DNA of 64,000 nt from Octopus sinensis (taxonomy: Eukaryota), in the NCBI RefSeq assembly GCF_006345805.1, contig NC_043018.1:14880001-14944000 (forward strand), read 5' to 3'. Below are positions 62,865 to 64,000 of this stretch, piece by piece; the first letter of the stretch is position 1, and each line of letters begins with the position of its first letter. The notes under the pieces are model-generated. The model made no database searches, was not told where the DNA came from, and worked only from the letters and a program-made list of their open reading frames with translations. The position numbers were made by a program, and so were the translations under genes.

Positions 62865-62917
62865 GTCTCTGATGAAGGGACATATTCTATAAAATATCCC
62901 AGAAACAGCTGTAAGAT
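62865..62917 (+). ncRNA. Minimal type I hammerhead ribozyme motif (PLE-type)
   Basis: GTCT-CTGATGA-A-GGGA...TCCC-A-GAAA-CAGCTGT-A-AGAT: intact core, palindrome ACAGCTGT, GUA site, 4-bp helix I. Confidence 0.6.
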
Positions 62918-63009
62918 ATTTTCTTTATAAATGTTCTGAAAACTATTTATAGCCTTGGATTTTTTTTACCTCATTCTGTCAATTTATATATATATATATA
63001 TATATATAC

Positions 63010-63065
<56 letters not shown>

Positions 63066-64000
63066 CGGAAAGCTTTATGAAAATAAACAAAAGACGAAGG
63101 CAGGTGGAATACAAACAAACAATTGTATTAGTATGGCGCTCAGGAATAGACAGACAGACAGACAGACAGATAGATAGATAGATAGATACAGCATGCTTCT
63201 ATCATTTTCCATCTACCAAATCCACTCAGGAGTGTGTGTGTGTCTTTGTGTCTTTGTGTCTGTGGTTGTCCCCCACCAAAGATTTTAAAAAAGCGTTGGC
63301 GTGTTTACGTCCCTGTAACTTAGCAGTCCGGCAACAGAGAACAACAGAACAAGTACCAGACTTTACAAAAAAAATAGAAAGAAATAAGTACTGGAGTCGA
63401 TTCGTTCGACTAAAATTCTTGAAGGTGGTGCCCCAGCATGGCCATAGTCTAATGACTGAAACAGGTAAAAGATAAAAGATAAAGGATAATCGAGTATTTA
63501 TTGATGTTAATGGATAAGGAGAAAGCGGAGGAGAGAGAGAGTATAAGTGCGTGTCTGTATGTATAATGTATAGCAGCTTTAATGGTGCAACGTTTACACA
63601 GTTGGTCTTCCGTAGTATTCGAAAGCCGCCGTCTTCTCTTGAAATATACAACCGTATTTGGTCATAAGACTACCAAAGACCACGTGGTTTCAACTGGGAA
63701 GCAATAATTGTGGTGACACTCCACTCTGACTCTGCGATCTGTGACCCAGATTGGAGGCGGCGGCGGAGGCGGAGGCGGCGGCGGCGGCGGCGGCGGCTTC
63801 CCTTGTCATACGAGATGGAATCTCAGCTGTGATGACGGCGCTGCCGCCGCCGCCGCCGCCGCTGGTGGTGCTTGCTTATTGTTATGATGTAAGTTACGAC
63901 GGTCTTGGAGTTATGATGTAAGTTACGATGATGATGGTGGTGGTGGTGGTGGTGGTGGTTTATGCGATAGCAGACGTCATTGTCTGAATGGTGATGATGG

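Overview
Eukaryotic, AT-rich, microsatellite- and SINE-dense genomic DNA; the repeat families suggest a coleoid cephalopod (octopus-like), which is an inference. One protein-coding gene is supported: a complete 16-exon WDR1/AIP1 (actin-interacting protein 1) on the minus strand, CDS 60200->17781, 1791 nt, 596 aa plus stop. All its junctions keep frame, intron 1 is 19 kb, and intron 10 is a U12-type AT-AC intron. Nearly all ORFs in the supplied track are microsatellite or repeat artefacts. The rest is transposon debris: several tRNA-derived SINE families, RTE, CR1/L2-like and R4-clade LINE fragments, LTR remnants with a tRNA-Trp PBS, non-autonomous Helitrons, and Tc1-like and Mutator-like MITEs. 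Top observations: (1) a 294-bp element with perfect 24-bp terminal inverted repeats that folds as a rod with a hammerhead ribozyme motif at its apex (50435-50728), plus further Penelope-type minimal hammerheads at 62865-62917 and in a 610-bp tandem duplication (36224-37411); (2) an R4-clade retrotransposon whose two differently truncated copies both sit inside (TACA)n microsatellites; (3) the AT-AC intron. All folds, alignments and translations were done by eye; repeat boundaries are approximate unless TSD or terminal motifs are given.
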